64,000 nt of DNA from Coleofasciculus sp. B1-GNL1-01 (GTDB lineage: Bacteria; Cyanobacteriota; Cyanobacteriia; Cyanobacteriales; Coleofasciculaceae), in assembly GCA_040220235.1 (NCBI GenBank), contig JAVJTO010000082.1; one strand, written 5' to 3'. A program made the position numbers and the translations under genes. The notes below the pieces were generated by a model. It saw only the letters and a program-made list of their open reading frames with translations, did no database searches and was not told where the DNA came from. Within the stretch, counting starts at the first letter, position 1. Each line of letters opens with the position of its first letter. Shown here piece by piece: positions 31,397 through 40,503 of this stretch.

Positions 31397-32365
31397 TCAG
31401 TAGGGACCCAAAAACCGCTCCCCATTAAAATGAATCAGATGAGTTGGAGACTCTGCAATCCAGACTTCTGTTTCCCAAGAAATTTCGTTGAGATACTTAA
31501 CCATGTCTCGGCGACTGAGGAAAGCTGTCACGAATACCAAACCTGCGGTTGAATTCTTGAACAGAATCTGAAGCTCATTCCGACGCTTGGCATTGACGGG
31601 ACCATGACTGGTCACAGCCTCAATCAAAACCAGCCAATTTTTTTGAACATAGTGAACGACAACATCGGGCATTTTACCATGAGTTTCAACGGTAACACCC
31701 AAGGCTTTAAGTGATTCACTGTCGAAGTAGATCCATTTGTTACCCGTATCGCCGATATAGATTAATGTTCCGTCTGGAGTAAATCGAGAGCAGAACTCGT
31801 TAATAATCTGCTCAATTAGTATATTTTGTCCACCTGGAGATAATGATATTGTTTTTCCTGATGTTACTTGAACGGAAATTCGTTCCATTTCTCGTTCTTG
31901 GGCATAACGCATTTTTAGCGCTTCGACAGATGTCAGGTATTGTCTCAGTTTCTCAGTCCAGTCATCAGTTTTGTAGGCACGAAGTAACTCTAAAGTATTT
32001 TCGGCAACTTGATAAACAGTTTTGGGGCTATTTGTGGGTCTTGAAGGCTTATCAGGGTTGAGGTGAATGAGACCTGCTTCGATAAACTGGTGAATAGTCT
32101 GGCGACGGATAGTTTCACGGGTATTGGGTGCGTATTCTTTTCCATAATGTTTAGCGATGAAGTTAATGATTGGGGTGATTCCGAGTAGAGGATTACTCGC
32201 CTCAGACCACGGAGTATCCGGTTTTAAATTTAGCAAAGCTAGTAAGGTGAGAGCCGACCTGTCATTTTGCTGTGCAGTCGGTAAACTCAGGTCTCTCAAA
32301 ATAGCTTTAGCTTCCTCTATCCGTTGAGTGAATTGATTTTGGAAATACTCAGAGTTTTCAACCAT
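31397..32365 (-). CDS. type II restriction endonuclease, BsuBI/PstI family
   Basis: YAPNTRETIRRQTIHQF, PTNSPKTVY, HGKMPDVV, IEAVTSHGP, ISWETEVW, HLIHFNGERFLGPY. Confidence 0.93.
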   Translation of the reverse strand: MVENSEYFQNQFTQRIEEAKAILRDLSLPTAQQNDRSALTLLALLNLKPDTPWSEASNPLLGITPIINFIAKHYGKEYAPNTRETIRRQTIHQFIEAGLIHLNPDKPSRPTNSPKTVYQVAENTLELLRAYKTDDWTEKLRQYLTSVEALKMRYAQEREMERISVQVTSGKTISLSPGGQNILIEQIINEFCSRFTPDGTLIYIGDTGNKWIYFDSESLKALGVTVETHGKMPDVVVHYVQKNWLVLIEAVTSHGPVNAKRRNELQILFKNSTAGLVFVTAFLSRRDMVKYLNEISWETEVWIAESPTHLIHFNGERFLGPY

Positions 32366-33412
32366 TTAAAACAATTTCAAAGAGAGCTGTATGGGTTGAC
32401 TCAGTAAGCGGGATTCCTCTGCTGATTTTTGAGCTGTATTTTTCTGTAAATAGGCTTTTACAGAACAGGCTAAAACCTTTGCCAAAATGGGAGGAACAGC
32501 ATTGCCAATTTGGTTACATTGGCTTTCTTCAGTACCCTTGAATTCAAACCAATCCGGAAAACTTTGCAAACGCGCTCCTTCACGAACCGTTAACCGTCGT
32601 CTACGTCCATCGGGTAAACGGATACGCAGCATATCACCTGTAGGAGCGCTTAAATTGCGGCAAGTAACCGTTCTAGACGGGGCATCAAGGTGTAAATCTC
32701 TGGGTCTAACACACTTAGAGGCTTTCTCGTATTTTTTGATATATTCATCCATGCTATGAGTGAGAAACTTAGCGTTTGGGGGTACACTCAATGCGAGTTC
32801 TCCCAGTGCTTCACCAACCGTATACGGTAAATTATTATGAGTTTTGGAATGCCATTTCCATCCGCCTCGGTGAGCTACACAAAAAAGACGTTCTCTTCGC
32901 TGAGGAACACCATAATGTGCGGCGTTGAGGATTTCCCATTCAACGATATAGTTTAGTTCCCTGAGAGCGCTGACAATTTCTTCAAAGTAGGTTTTATTGC
33001 GAAATAGCATTCCCCGCACGTTTTCAAATAAAGCAAGCTGAGGGCGATAGGATTTAACCGCATCAAGAAATATGGGGAAACCATCGCGACTGTCTTTGAG
33101 TCCCCGTTGATGTCCACCAACGCTAAAGGGTTGACAGGGGGGACCACCAATGATTACATCGGCTCCCTCGATTAAATCGGGTTGGCGTGTTAGCGTGGTC
33201 TGATAGCAGAAACCATGCAGATTGTGCTGATAAGTGGCGCAGGCGTCTGCTAATTTTTCATAACCTATGGTTCTAAATCCTGCGGCTTCAAAACCGAGTG
33301 CTAGTCCCCCACAGCCAGCAAACAGATCAATCACCAAAGGTGCTGTCCCATCGATGGGGGGAAGTTGAAGTTCTTGAGAGAGGAAATCAAGGTAGGGGAG
33401 TTGGTTTTGCAT
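32366..33412 (-). CDS. DNA (cytosine-5)-methyltransferase, partner of the adjacent REase
   Basis: DLFAGCGG, GGPPCQPFS, ENVRG, YGVPQRRER, RRLTVREGARLQSFP, QIGNAVPP. The stop codon directly abuts the REase ATG. Confidence 0.95.
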   Translation of the reverse strand: MQNQLPYLDFLSQELQLPPIDGTAPLVIDLFAGCGGLALGFEAAGFRTIGYEKLADACATYQHNLHGFCYQTTLTRQPDLIEGADVIIGGPPCQPFSVGGHQRGLKDSRDGFPIFLDAVKSYRPQLALFENVRGMLFRNKTYFEEIVSALRELNYIVEWEILNAAHYGVPQRRERLFCVAHRGGWKWHSKTHNNLPYTVGEALGELALSVPPNAKFLTHSMDEYIKKYEKASKCVRPRDLHLDAPSRTVTCRNLSAPTGDMLRIRLPDGRRRRLTVREGARLQSFPDWFEFKGTEESQCNQIGNAVPPILAKVLACSVKAYLQKNTAQKSAEESRLLSQPIQLSLKLF

Positions 33413-33439
33413 TCTCCTATTTTAGGACGCGATCGCACT

Positions 33440-33489
33440 CTTTACCTGAAATAGAACGACTCAAAAAATGGGAGGAAATTCATGGTTAA
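33440..33489 (+). pseudogene. 3' remnant of a DUF4160-type toxin gene
   Basis: Reads ...RLKKWEEIHG*, overlapping the DUF2442 start. W.EIHG is the C-terminus I recall for DUF4160 proteins. Confidence 0.55.
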
Positions 33490-33835
33490 TTCAGGTTGGG
33501 ATGAGACAAATATCAAAGCCGCGATCGCAAAAGCAAGAGAAGCCGCAGACATTGCTAATGTTGTTGAACCGAGGGCGGAGTCGGCGTATTATGACCCAAG
33601 TCGCGATCGCGTAATTATCAATTTGAAGAGTGGGGCGACGTATAGCTTTCCCCCAGCATTAGCGCAAGGGTTAGCCGATGCTTCTCCAGAGGATTTGGCT
33701 GAGGTTGAAGTGACGCCATCGGGGGATGGGTTGCATTGGGAAAAGCTGGATGCAGATTTTAGTGTTCCGGCGCTTTTGGCTGGTGTGTTTGGCACGGCGG
33801 CGTGGATGGCTCAGGTTAAGATGAAGGTAAGTTAG
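33482..33835 (+). CDS. DUF2442 domain protein (putative antitoxin)
   Basis: QGLADASPEDLAEVEVTPSGDGLHWEKLDADFSVPALLAGVFG. Confidence 0.85.
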   Translation: MVNSGWDETNIKAAIAKAREAADIANVVEPRAESAYYDPSRDRVIINLKSGATYSFPPALAQGLADASPEDLAEVEVTPSGDGLHWEKLDADFSVPALLAGVFGTAAWMAQVKMKVS

Positions 33836-33915
33836 GGCGCGATGTTCGTAGTAAGCACTTTAGTGCTAGGAAATTGAGCATTTTAAGCCACTCGCATTGG
33901 CTACTACAAACCCGT

Positions 33916-34146
33916 TTAGACATGAGCGGCTTCTATGGCTTGTTCAGCCGCGATCGCATGATCAATTTCTTCACGGTGGGCGTGGTAAAATGCTAGGGCT
34001 TCATCAATTTGTTCTGCATTCAAGTCATACTCAGCAGCTATCTGATTTGAGGATAAACCCCATTGTTGAGCGGCAATGACTACTGTTTGGACTCGTAGAT
34101 TAGTCCCACGCAAAATCGGTATAAGCTTACCGCTAGCACTGTTAGG
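33916..34146 (-). pseudogene. 5'-truncated DUF433-family antitoxin
   Basis: SASGKLIPILRGTNLRVQTVV...IAAEYDLNAEQIDEALAFYHAHREEI, with an in-frame stop just upstream. Confidence 0.7.
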
Positions 34147-34262
34147 TAGTCATCTAGCATTTAATTTTTTTTATAGATAACACCTGGGTTAAGGGCGGGT
34201 TTACTAGGGTGAACTTCAAACGGCGCAACCTTTTTAGTCAAACCCGCCCCTACCATACCCTG

Positions 34263-37124
34263 TCATAGTTCACGCCAATTAGTCTTACAAATACTCCCAT
34301 CTGGCATCCTCGCTCCTTCTAAATTAACATCACTCAAATCCGCCTTATCCAAATTCGCCCCCGTCAAATCTGCTTCCCTTAAATCTGCCCCACTCAAACT
34401 TGCCCCCACTAACTTTGCCCCCACTAACTCCGCCCCCCTTAAATCCGCATTCCCCAACTTCGCCCAACTCAAATCCGCCCCGCTTAACCGCGCCTGCTTC
34501 AAACTCGCCCCTACTAACTTTGCCTTGCGTAAACTCGCCCCACTCAAGTCAACCTCACTTAAATCCGCAATCACCAACTTTGCCCCATCTAACTGCGCCT
34601 GCTGTAAATTTGCCCCCCGCAGCATCGCGCCAATTAAATTCGCATTCCGTAAATCCGCCCCCGCTAACTGCGCCCCAGCTAACTCTGCATTCTGGAAATT
34701 TCTCCCGCCACTTTGATAGCGCGATCGCACTTCGCCAACATCGGTTACACTAATCTCTCGCTGGGGCGGATGACGAAAGGTAAAGGTAAACGTATCCCCA
34801 CTCTGTATTACCCGCCACATTTCCTCATACAAAGGATAAGAACCCACGCCACTCAACTTCACCCACCCTTTTGCCCGAGTTAATGCTACAAATAACTGAT
34901 TCCGCAATTGCAGATTACTCTCATCTTTTGCCACATTATCTAATCCCACCACATACACCATATCCGCTTCATTTCCCTTCGCCCGATGGATACGAGACAC
35001 GGTTACGCCACCCTCACACCAAAACTTATTTGGATCACGGGTATTTTTATCAATGTGCAGCATATTGCAATCTATCGCACTGGGACGATAAATATCAATT
35101 CCCTGGGACATTAAAAACTCAGCCACCGCTGTTTCTAGTCGCATCGCTTCCAACCCTAACCCTAAAACAATCACCAGTATCTCGCGACTCGGTTTAAGCC
35201 CGTCATAGCGAAGATTGTAGATAATATTATCGGCTAGGGCGGTTAATTCTTCCTGACGCGATCGATAGGCGATAAACTCAAATAAAGAACCCTGCCAAAG
35301 TTTTGATACCAGATTCGGTGAATGTTCTGGAGGGCGTTTTACGGTAATTTGTTGACCGGGGCGAAACGTGCCAGTGACTTCATAGCCAATCGCTTGCCAA
35401 TCCTCAATTCGGGTAATTCCGGTTAACATTCCCCCTCGTCGTAATAATCCCATCCCAATTCCATGGGCGGCGGTAAGAATTTCCCCAGGGGTACGATAAC
35501 AGCGATACATGGTTTCACTTTTTCTAATTCCGCCCCCATACTGTCCGGTGACTAAATGCCCTAAATCTTCCCCAAACAATTCACTGGCATTAGGAATATT
35601 TAAGCTTTCTAAACTTTGCGCTTCATCATACGCCCAAATTAACCGCCGTTGTTCCGGTTGGGTGGGATCGACGGGGCGTAATGCCTGATATGCCATCCAG
35701 TAAAAGGGCTGTTTTCCTTCAAATTTTAAGGGGTCATCGACGATTAAGTCTTGACCTTCATCAATTAAAATAACATCGTATAATTTTGGAATTGCTGTCT
35801 CTTGTAAAAGATTGAGACAAACTTCAGCTAATGCTTGATGCGGTTGCTTGGTTTCTATATCATTAACCGTAAGCGCTTTTACCCCCGTGTGTCGGCAAAG
35901 GATACTATAAAATCCCGGTTGTTTTCTCCCTCCCCAAGCGTGGAGAACTTTTAATTTGCGATTGCGTTTGGCGTCGTATCTGATTTCGCCACTACTAAAG
36001 CGACGCAACCATTTATCCAGTTGGCTAATAATCCCGTGATAGAGACTGCGACTGAAGAAAACCAGGGCAATATCCCAGTCGGGATGCTTGAGGTGAATAT
36101 GGGCAGCTTTTTGACAGAGTAATACGGTTTTCCCGGAACCCGCTATTCCCCGAATCCGTTGGGGACCTGGGGGAATGGATTTGGCGATTTGTTCTTGGGC
36201 TAAATCAAATTCGGATAGGTGTTGGCGTACCTGTGCCAGAATACTACCACGGGTTTGTTGAGGTGTGCCATTAATGGTTTTTGGGATAGCATTTTTGTGT
36301 CCTTTCAGGTGTTGTTTTTTCCGGAAAACAGGTGTCCCACTAATTACCGCTTGCAGTAATTTCCACTGCTGGTTATTCAGCGGGTTTCCTTTGATAATTG
36401 GAGCGGTTTGCTGAATCCGTTTGACGAGAAAACCTAACCCCCCAGCCCCCTTCCCAACCCCCCTCATTCCCCCCTGCGAGGAGGGAGGACAAAGGCTGCT
36501 TCGCTTTTTTTGCACGGAAGGGGGAGCCGGAAACTCCTCCAACGAAAAATGTATTCCGTTTCCCTCCCCTTGTAGGGGAGGGCTAGGGAGGGGTCTCTTA
36601 GGGATCTGACTTCTCGTCAATTGACCAACAGTTTCATTCCAGGAAACGATATTATCTTGAAAGAGAATTGGCGGACAACTAGGGAGTTGGTAGAAGCCAC
36701 TTTGATACCATTCAGCTTCGGTAATTAAGGGCAGACAAATTAACGCCCGCCCGGTAACGTTACGGCGTAATATCGGTTCGCGATCGCAATACCCCAATAG
36801 GGAGAATAATTGATTTTCCGCTTGTTGGTAAGGGTTGCTGCTGGTGGTGTAATAGTTTTGGAATTCCCAGCGATGACCCGTAATTGCCAGAATTTGGTCA
36901 ATGGTGACGGATTTAATCTCAATCACGACTAAACCCAGTTGGGCGTCCACAATCAGGATATCCGGTTCCTTGCGAGACTTACCCACCTTGGAAAATATGG
37001 GATAACGCCAATACCCGATACAAGTGCGATCGCGAAATGCTTGCTGAACGGCGTCCCAGGTTTTTTGTTCACCGCCTTCACCTCCTTTACCGAGTGGTTC
37101 GGTGGTAATAAATTTATTCGTCAT
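34263..37124 (-). CDS. NERD nuclease + SF1 (UvrD-like) helicase + pentapeptide-repeat protein
   Basis: EPDILIVDAQLGLVVIEIK (NERD), GIAGSGKT (Walker A), LIDEGQD (Walker B), IHRAKGNE, FVALTRAK and C-terminal A(D/N)LxG pentapeptides. Confidence 0.88.
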   Translation of the reverse strand: MTNKFITTEPLGKGGEGGEQKTWDAVQQAFRDRTCIGYWRYPIFSKVGKSRKEPDILIVDAQLGLVVIEIKSVTIDQILAITGHRWEFQNYYTTSSNPYQQAENQLFSLLGYCDREPILRRNVTGRALICLPLITEAEWYQSGFYQLPSCPPILFQDNIVSWNETVGQLTRSQIPKRPLPSPPLQGEGNGIHFSLEEFPAPPSVQKKRSSLCPPSSQGGMRGVGKGAGGLGFLVKRIQQTAPIIKGNPLNNQQWKLLQAVISGTPVFRKKQHLKGHKNAIPKTINGTPQQTRGSILAQVRQHLSEFDLAQEQIAKSIPPGPQRIRGIAGSGKTVLLCQKAAHIHLKHPDWDIALVFFSRSLYHGIISQLDKWLRRFSSGEIRYDAKRNRKLKVLHAWGGRKQPGFYSILCRHTGVKALTVNDIETKQPHQALAEVCLNLLQETAIPKLYDVILIDEGQDLIVDDPLKFEGKQPFYWMAYQALRPVDPTQPEQRRLIWAYDEAQSLESLNIPNASELFGEDLGHLVTGQYGGGIRKSETMYRCYRTPGEILTAAHGIGMGLLRRGGMLTGITRIEDWQAIGYEVTGTFRPGQQITVKRPPEHSPNLVSKLWQGSLFEFIAYRSRQEELTALADNIIYNLRYDGLKPSREILVIVLGLGLEAMRLETAVAEFLMSQGIDIYRPSAIDCNMLHIDKNTRDPNKFWCEGGVTVSRIHRAKGNEADMVYVVGLDNVAKDESNLQLRNQLFVALTRAKGWVKLSGVGSYPLYEEMWRVIQSGDTFTFTFRHPPQREISVTDVGEVRSRYQSGGRNFQNAELAGAQLAGADLRNANLIGAMLRGANLQQAQLDGAKLVIADLSEVDLSGASLRKAKLVGASLKQARLSGADLSWAKLGNADLRGAELVGAKLVGASLSGADLREADLTGANLDKADLSDVNLEGARMPDGSICKTNWREL
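36431..36596. repeat. C-rich/G-rich palindromic repeat element inserted in frame in the helicase gene
   Basis: CCTAACCCCCCAGCCCCCTTCC...CCCTCCCCTTGTAGGGGAGGGCTAGGGAGGGGT. A related free-standing element lies at 46097-46197. Confidence 0.8.
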
Positions 37125-37283
37125 TCGTCATTCGTCATTTGTCATAAATGTCCTTCTTTCTATGGATAGAGACTAAAGTTACACCTATGGATTGAGGAAA
37201 CACTATCCGATAAACGATAAGATTTACTTATAAATTAAAGTTGAACAGACTAATTTATCTCTAGCGTGTAAAAGGAGAGAACA

Positions 37284-37925
37284 ATGGCTTTACATCAACA
37301 CAAACGGGCGATCGGTATTTTTACCAACCGAGACGCGGTGACGCAAGCACTACAGGAACTCCACCTGGCTAATTTTCCCCTGGATCAGGTTACCGTGATT
37401 GCCAGAGAATTAGAAGAGGAGTCGCTTCACGATCCGGATAGGAAGACTCGCAAGGGCAATCAAACAGGTAAACAGGCGGCGAATGGCGCTGTTGTCGGTG
37501 GTGTTATTGGATTGGTAACGGGCGTACTCGTCGGTGTGGGTGCGTTAGCGATTCCTCTGATTGGTCCAATCATGTTAGCCGATGCTTTGGGGACTGCTGT
37601 CGCCACAACCTTAGCCGGGACAGGAATTGGTGCGGTTAGTGGTGGACTTTTGGGCGCACTGATTGGATTAGGGATTCCCAAAAAACAGGCTAAAGCATAT
37701 CAGGAACGATTTTTACGGGGTGATTTTTTGGTCATTGTTGAAGGTACGGATGAGCAAATTCGTCAGGCAATTTCTCTACTTAAAGATGGAGGAATCGAAG
37801 AGTTGGGAATTTACAATGCGCCAGAGATGGATGGGATAAATACCGATTTCCCCGTTGCGGCTGTTGATGAGCCTCATGCTCAGATGTCTAGATCAACGGT
37901 TTATCGAGAACCGGAACTGAATTGA
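37284..37925 (+). CDS. general stress protein (YflT/17M-like) with glycine-zipper TM hairpin
   Basis: KRAIGIF...A+++L...F, a Gly/Ala-rich membrane region, and GLGIP...A..Y.....G..LV.V.G. Confidence 0.8.
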   Translation: MALHQHKRAIGIFTNRDAVTQALQELHLANFPLDQVTVIARELEEESLHDPDRKTRKGNQTGKQAANGAVVGGVIGLVTGVLVGVGALAIPLIGPIMLADALGTAVATTLAGTGIGAVSGGLLGALIGLGIPKKQAKAYQERFLRGDFLVIVEGTDEQIRQAISLLKDGGIEELGIYNAPEMDGINTDFPVAAVDEPHAQMSRSTVYREPELN

Positions 37926-37979
37926 GATGGATTGATCTGCATCTTGACTGATTATTTACCGTCGAAGAGGATAGAAAAA

Positions 37980-38450
37980 ATGAATAAGTTTACACTCTTA
38001 TGCTTAACAGGTGTTGTAGGGTTAGGGGTTTCCGCCTGTGGTGATGTAGCGAGAACCAGTACTAGCGCTCCTAATTCGGTCAATGAGGTTGGTTATCCTC
38101 CAGATTTAGACACCGTGTTAGGAAATGAAAGCGATGCAACAAACCCCATTCGCAGAGCGCAAGCCAATTCTGACATTCGGGCGCGGGAGCAACGATACAA
38201 TGTTTTTAGGGAAGGAGAGGAACGCTCTAATCGCAATGTCCAAAGTGAAGTGCGGAGTAAGTTAGAGGTTAACCTGCCAACCTCTCAACTAGCGGTTCAG
38301 GCTAATCAGGGAATCGTTACGGTAACCGGATACGTCCAAACCCAAGATAATCTGGAACGGATTGAACCTTTGGCGAGAGAAATTAAAGGGGTTCGGGATG
38401 TCAATGTCCAAGCTGAAGTCGGACCCAATTTACTGCCTTATAAGGGTTAA
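37980..38450 (+). CDS. BON-domain lipoprotein
   Basis: Lipobox VSAC; C-terminal BON domain (GIVTVTGYV...AREIKGVRDV). Confidence 0.85.
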   Translation: MNKFTLLCLTGVVGLGVSACGDVARTSTSAPNSVNEVGYPPDLDTVLGNESDATNPIRRAQANSDIRAREQRYNVFREGEERSNRNVQSEVRSKLEVNLPTSQLAVQANQGIVTVTGYVQTQDNLERIEPLAREIKGVRDVNVQAEVGPNLLPYKG

Positions 38451-38729
38451 ATTTTCGGTTTTTTAACGAACAGGCAACAGGCAACAGATACAGCAGATTT
38501 CAGGTTTACGAGGTACAGCCTTAAGCAAAATCCCCGACTTCTTCAAGAAGTCGGGGATCTGTCTATGTACCTCAGAGTCCCCTACAAATGGTGGTTTTGG
38601 ATATTAAATTTATCTCTATTGATAGATGAATACCTTACCCAATGTGTAGTAGATGTGGGAAGAAAGCACAAATCTAGCACCAAAGGCTGAATTTGTGCTG
38701 GAACAATCCTAAAAGAAAGCGAGGGAAAC

Positions 38730-39314
38730 ATGGCTGAAGACAAACTCAACAGACACGCGCTTGGTGTATTCCCGACTCGTGAAGACGCGGAAAAAGCGGT
38801 ACAGGATTTGAAACGAGCAGATTTTCCTGAACAGCAAATCTCCGTCGTGGCTAGAGATGCTGGTAGGAACGAGGAACTTGCTGGTGTTGATGTGGAAAAA
38901 GGCAAAGGACATCAAGTCAGTAAAGGTGCTAAAGCGGGTGCGGCGACGGGTGGAATCGGTGGCGTTGTTCTGGGCGCATTGGAAGCCCTAGGTATTACCA
39001 CTTACGCGGCGTTTCTACTTCCTGGCGCTGGTCAGGTTTTAGCCTTTGGTACGGTTGCGGCTAATGCCTTTGCGACAGCCGTTGCTGGCGGTGCGGTTGG
39101 TGCAGCTGGTGGCGGTTTAGTTGGTGGTTTAGTCGGTTGGGGTGTTCCTGACGAGCAAGCTAAGGTTTATCACGATTTAGTGTCTAAAGGTGAGTATTTG
39201 ATTATGGTAGAAGGAACCCCTGATCAAATTGGTTTGGCGGAAGCTATTCTTAGTCCGATGGGAATTCGTGAATGGAAAATTTATGAGGCTCCTCGAAACA
39301 AAGCTTCTCGCTAG
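38730..39314 (+). CDS. general stress protein paralog (glycine zipper)
   Basis: HALGVFPTREDAEKAVQDLKRADF; same layout as 37284-37925. Confidence 0.8.
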   Translation: MAEDKLNRHALGVFPTREDAEKAVQDLKRADFPEQQISVVARDAGRNEELAGVDVEKGKGHQVSKGAKAGAATGGIGGVVLGALEALGITTYAAFLLPGAGQVLAFGTVAANAFATAVAGGAVGAAGGGLVGGLVGWGVPDEQAKVYHDLVSKGEYLIMVEGTPDQIGLAEAILSPMGIREWKIYEAPRNKASR

Positions 39315-39787
39315 TTAGATGCCAAGAACTCAAGTTCTTGGCTAATAGCTTAAGTCGGTTAAAACCGACTGAAACAATATAATCTAGTTACACTAAGCGA
39401 TACTTTAAGTAGGTTTGTGGAAATCAACTCAACTTTATTAAGATTAAGTTCGTTTAATATTCTTCAAATCCTTACAAATTACATAAACGAATGACGATCC
39501 CTGCCGCCCGACTTGACTTTTTCACATCTACATTAGGGTTTGCTGAATTAATAGCTATATTATACAATGGTTTAAATCCATTTTTTAACCCAACAAGTGC
39601 AAGGTTTTTACACCCTTGAAATCAAAACCCTTGGATTGTAAGCCTCCGCGATTGCCTTCGGCACTAGCGAAGCTAATCGCAAAATTTTTTCTCAACAGAG
39701 GGTTGAAACTGTTGCCTATTGCCTATTCTCTATTGCCTATTCTCTATTGCCTCTCCTACCACCAGACTCCCTGTAGCAGATCCTACA

Positions 39788-40447
39788 TTACAGTGTTTCG
39801 GGATCGATGTTTAATTCTCGTAGTTTGGCGGCGTAGCGTTCCGCCACTTCTTCAGGTGTCGGTACGAGTTTCCCTTCTGGGGTGAAAAAACGCAACTGAT
39901 TCTGATGAATTCCTAGGAATAAACCAAGCTGTTGACTCCACAATTGTCCTTGAGCATTCTGTTCAAGGGGTTGATAGTCTCCATCAACTAAATGAAATCC
40001 AACAAATTCTAACGTATTTGGATCGAACCAAAAGTAATCGGGAGTACGAAAGGTGTCTTGATAGAGTTTTTTCTTGAAGCCTTTGTCTGTATCAGCCGTT
40101 TTGGGAGAAAGGATTTCAATAATCACATTTGGATATTTCCCATCTTCATCCCAGACGACCCAACTTTTGCGAGTTTTCCGTTCAGTGTCTAGTACGACAA
40201 AAAAGTCGGGTCCCCGGAAGTGTTCCGATTTGCGTTGGCGGGGACTGTAATAGATGGTGAGGTTGCCAGCAACGTAGAAATCATTTCTATCTCGCCATAG
40301 CCATTTTAAGCTTTCGAGTAGTAGGATGATTTGTTGTAGATGTAGTTCAGTTTCCAAGGGGGGTTCATCGCTATAGAGATCACTTGGGGGAAAGGTAACA
40401 TCTTGTGAGATGTCTGGGGAAGGAGCGAGTTCTTGAATTTGGGACAT
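39788..40447 (-). CDS. Uma2-family (DUF820) PD-(D/E)XK nuclease-like protein
   Basis: SDEPPLETELH, GPDFFVV, IIEILS, KKKLYQ..FRTPDYFWFDP. Confidence 0.92.
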   Translation of the reverse strand: MSQIQELAPSPDISQDVTFPPSDLYSDEPPLETELHLQQIILLLESLKWLWRDRNDFYVAGNLTIYYSPRQRKSEHFRGPDFFVVLDTERKTRKSWVVWDEDGKYPNVIIEILSPKTADTDKGFKKKLYQDTFRTPDYFWFDPNTLEFVGFHLVDGDYQPLEQNAQGQLWSQQLGLFLGIHQNQLRFFTPEGKLVPTPEEVAERYAAKLRELNIDPETL

Positions 40448-40503
40448 AGCGCGTTAAAGGGAGGACAGCAAATTGCATTTTTATTTATTTTAGCTGGCAT
40501 CTT

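Noticed and set aside
34400..34753. Pro-rich plus-strand ORFs
   Set aside because: Antisense shadows of the pentapeptide repeats.
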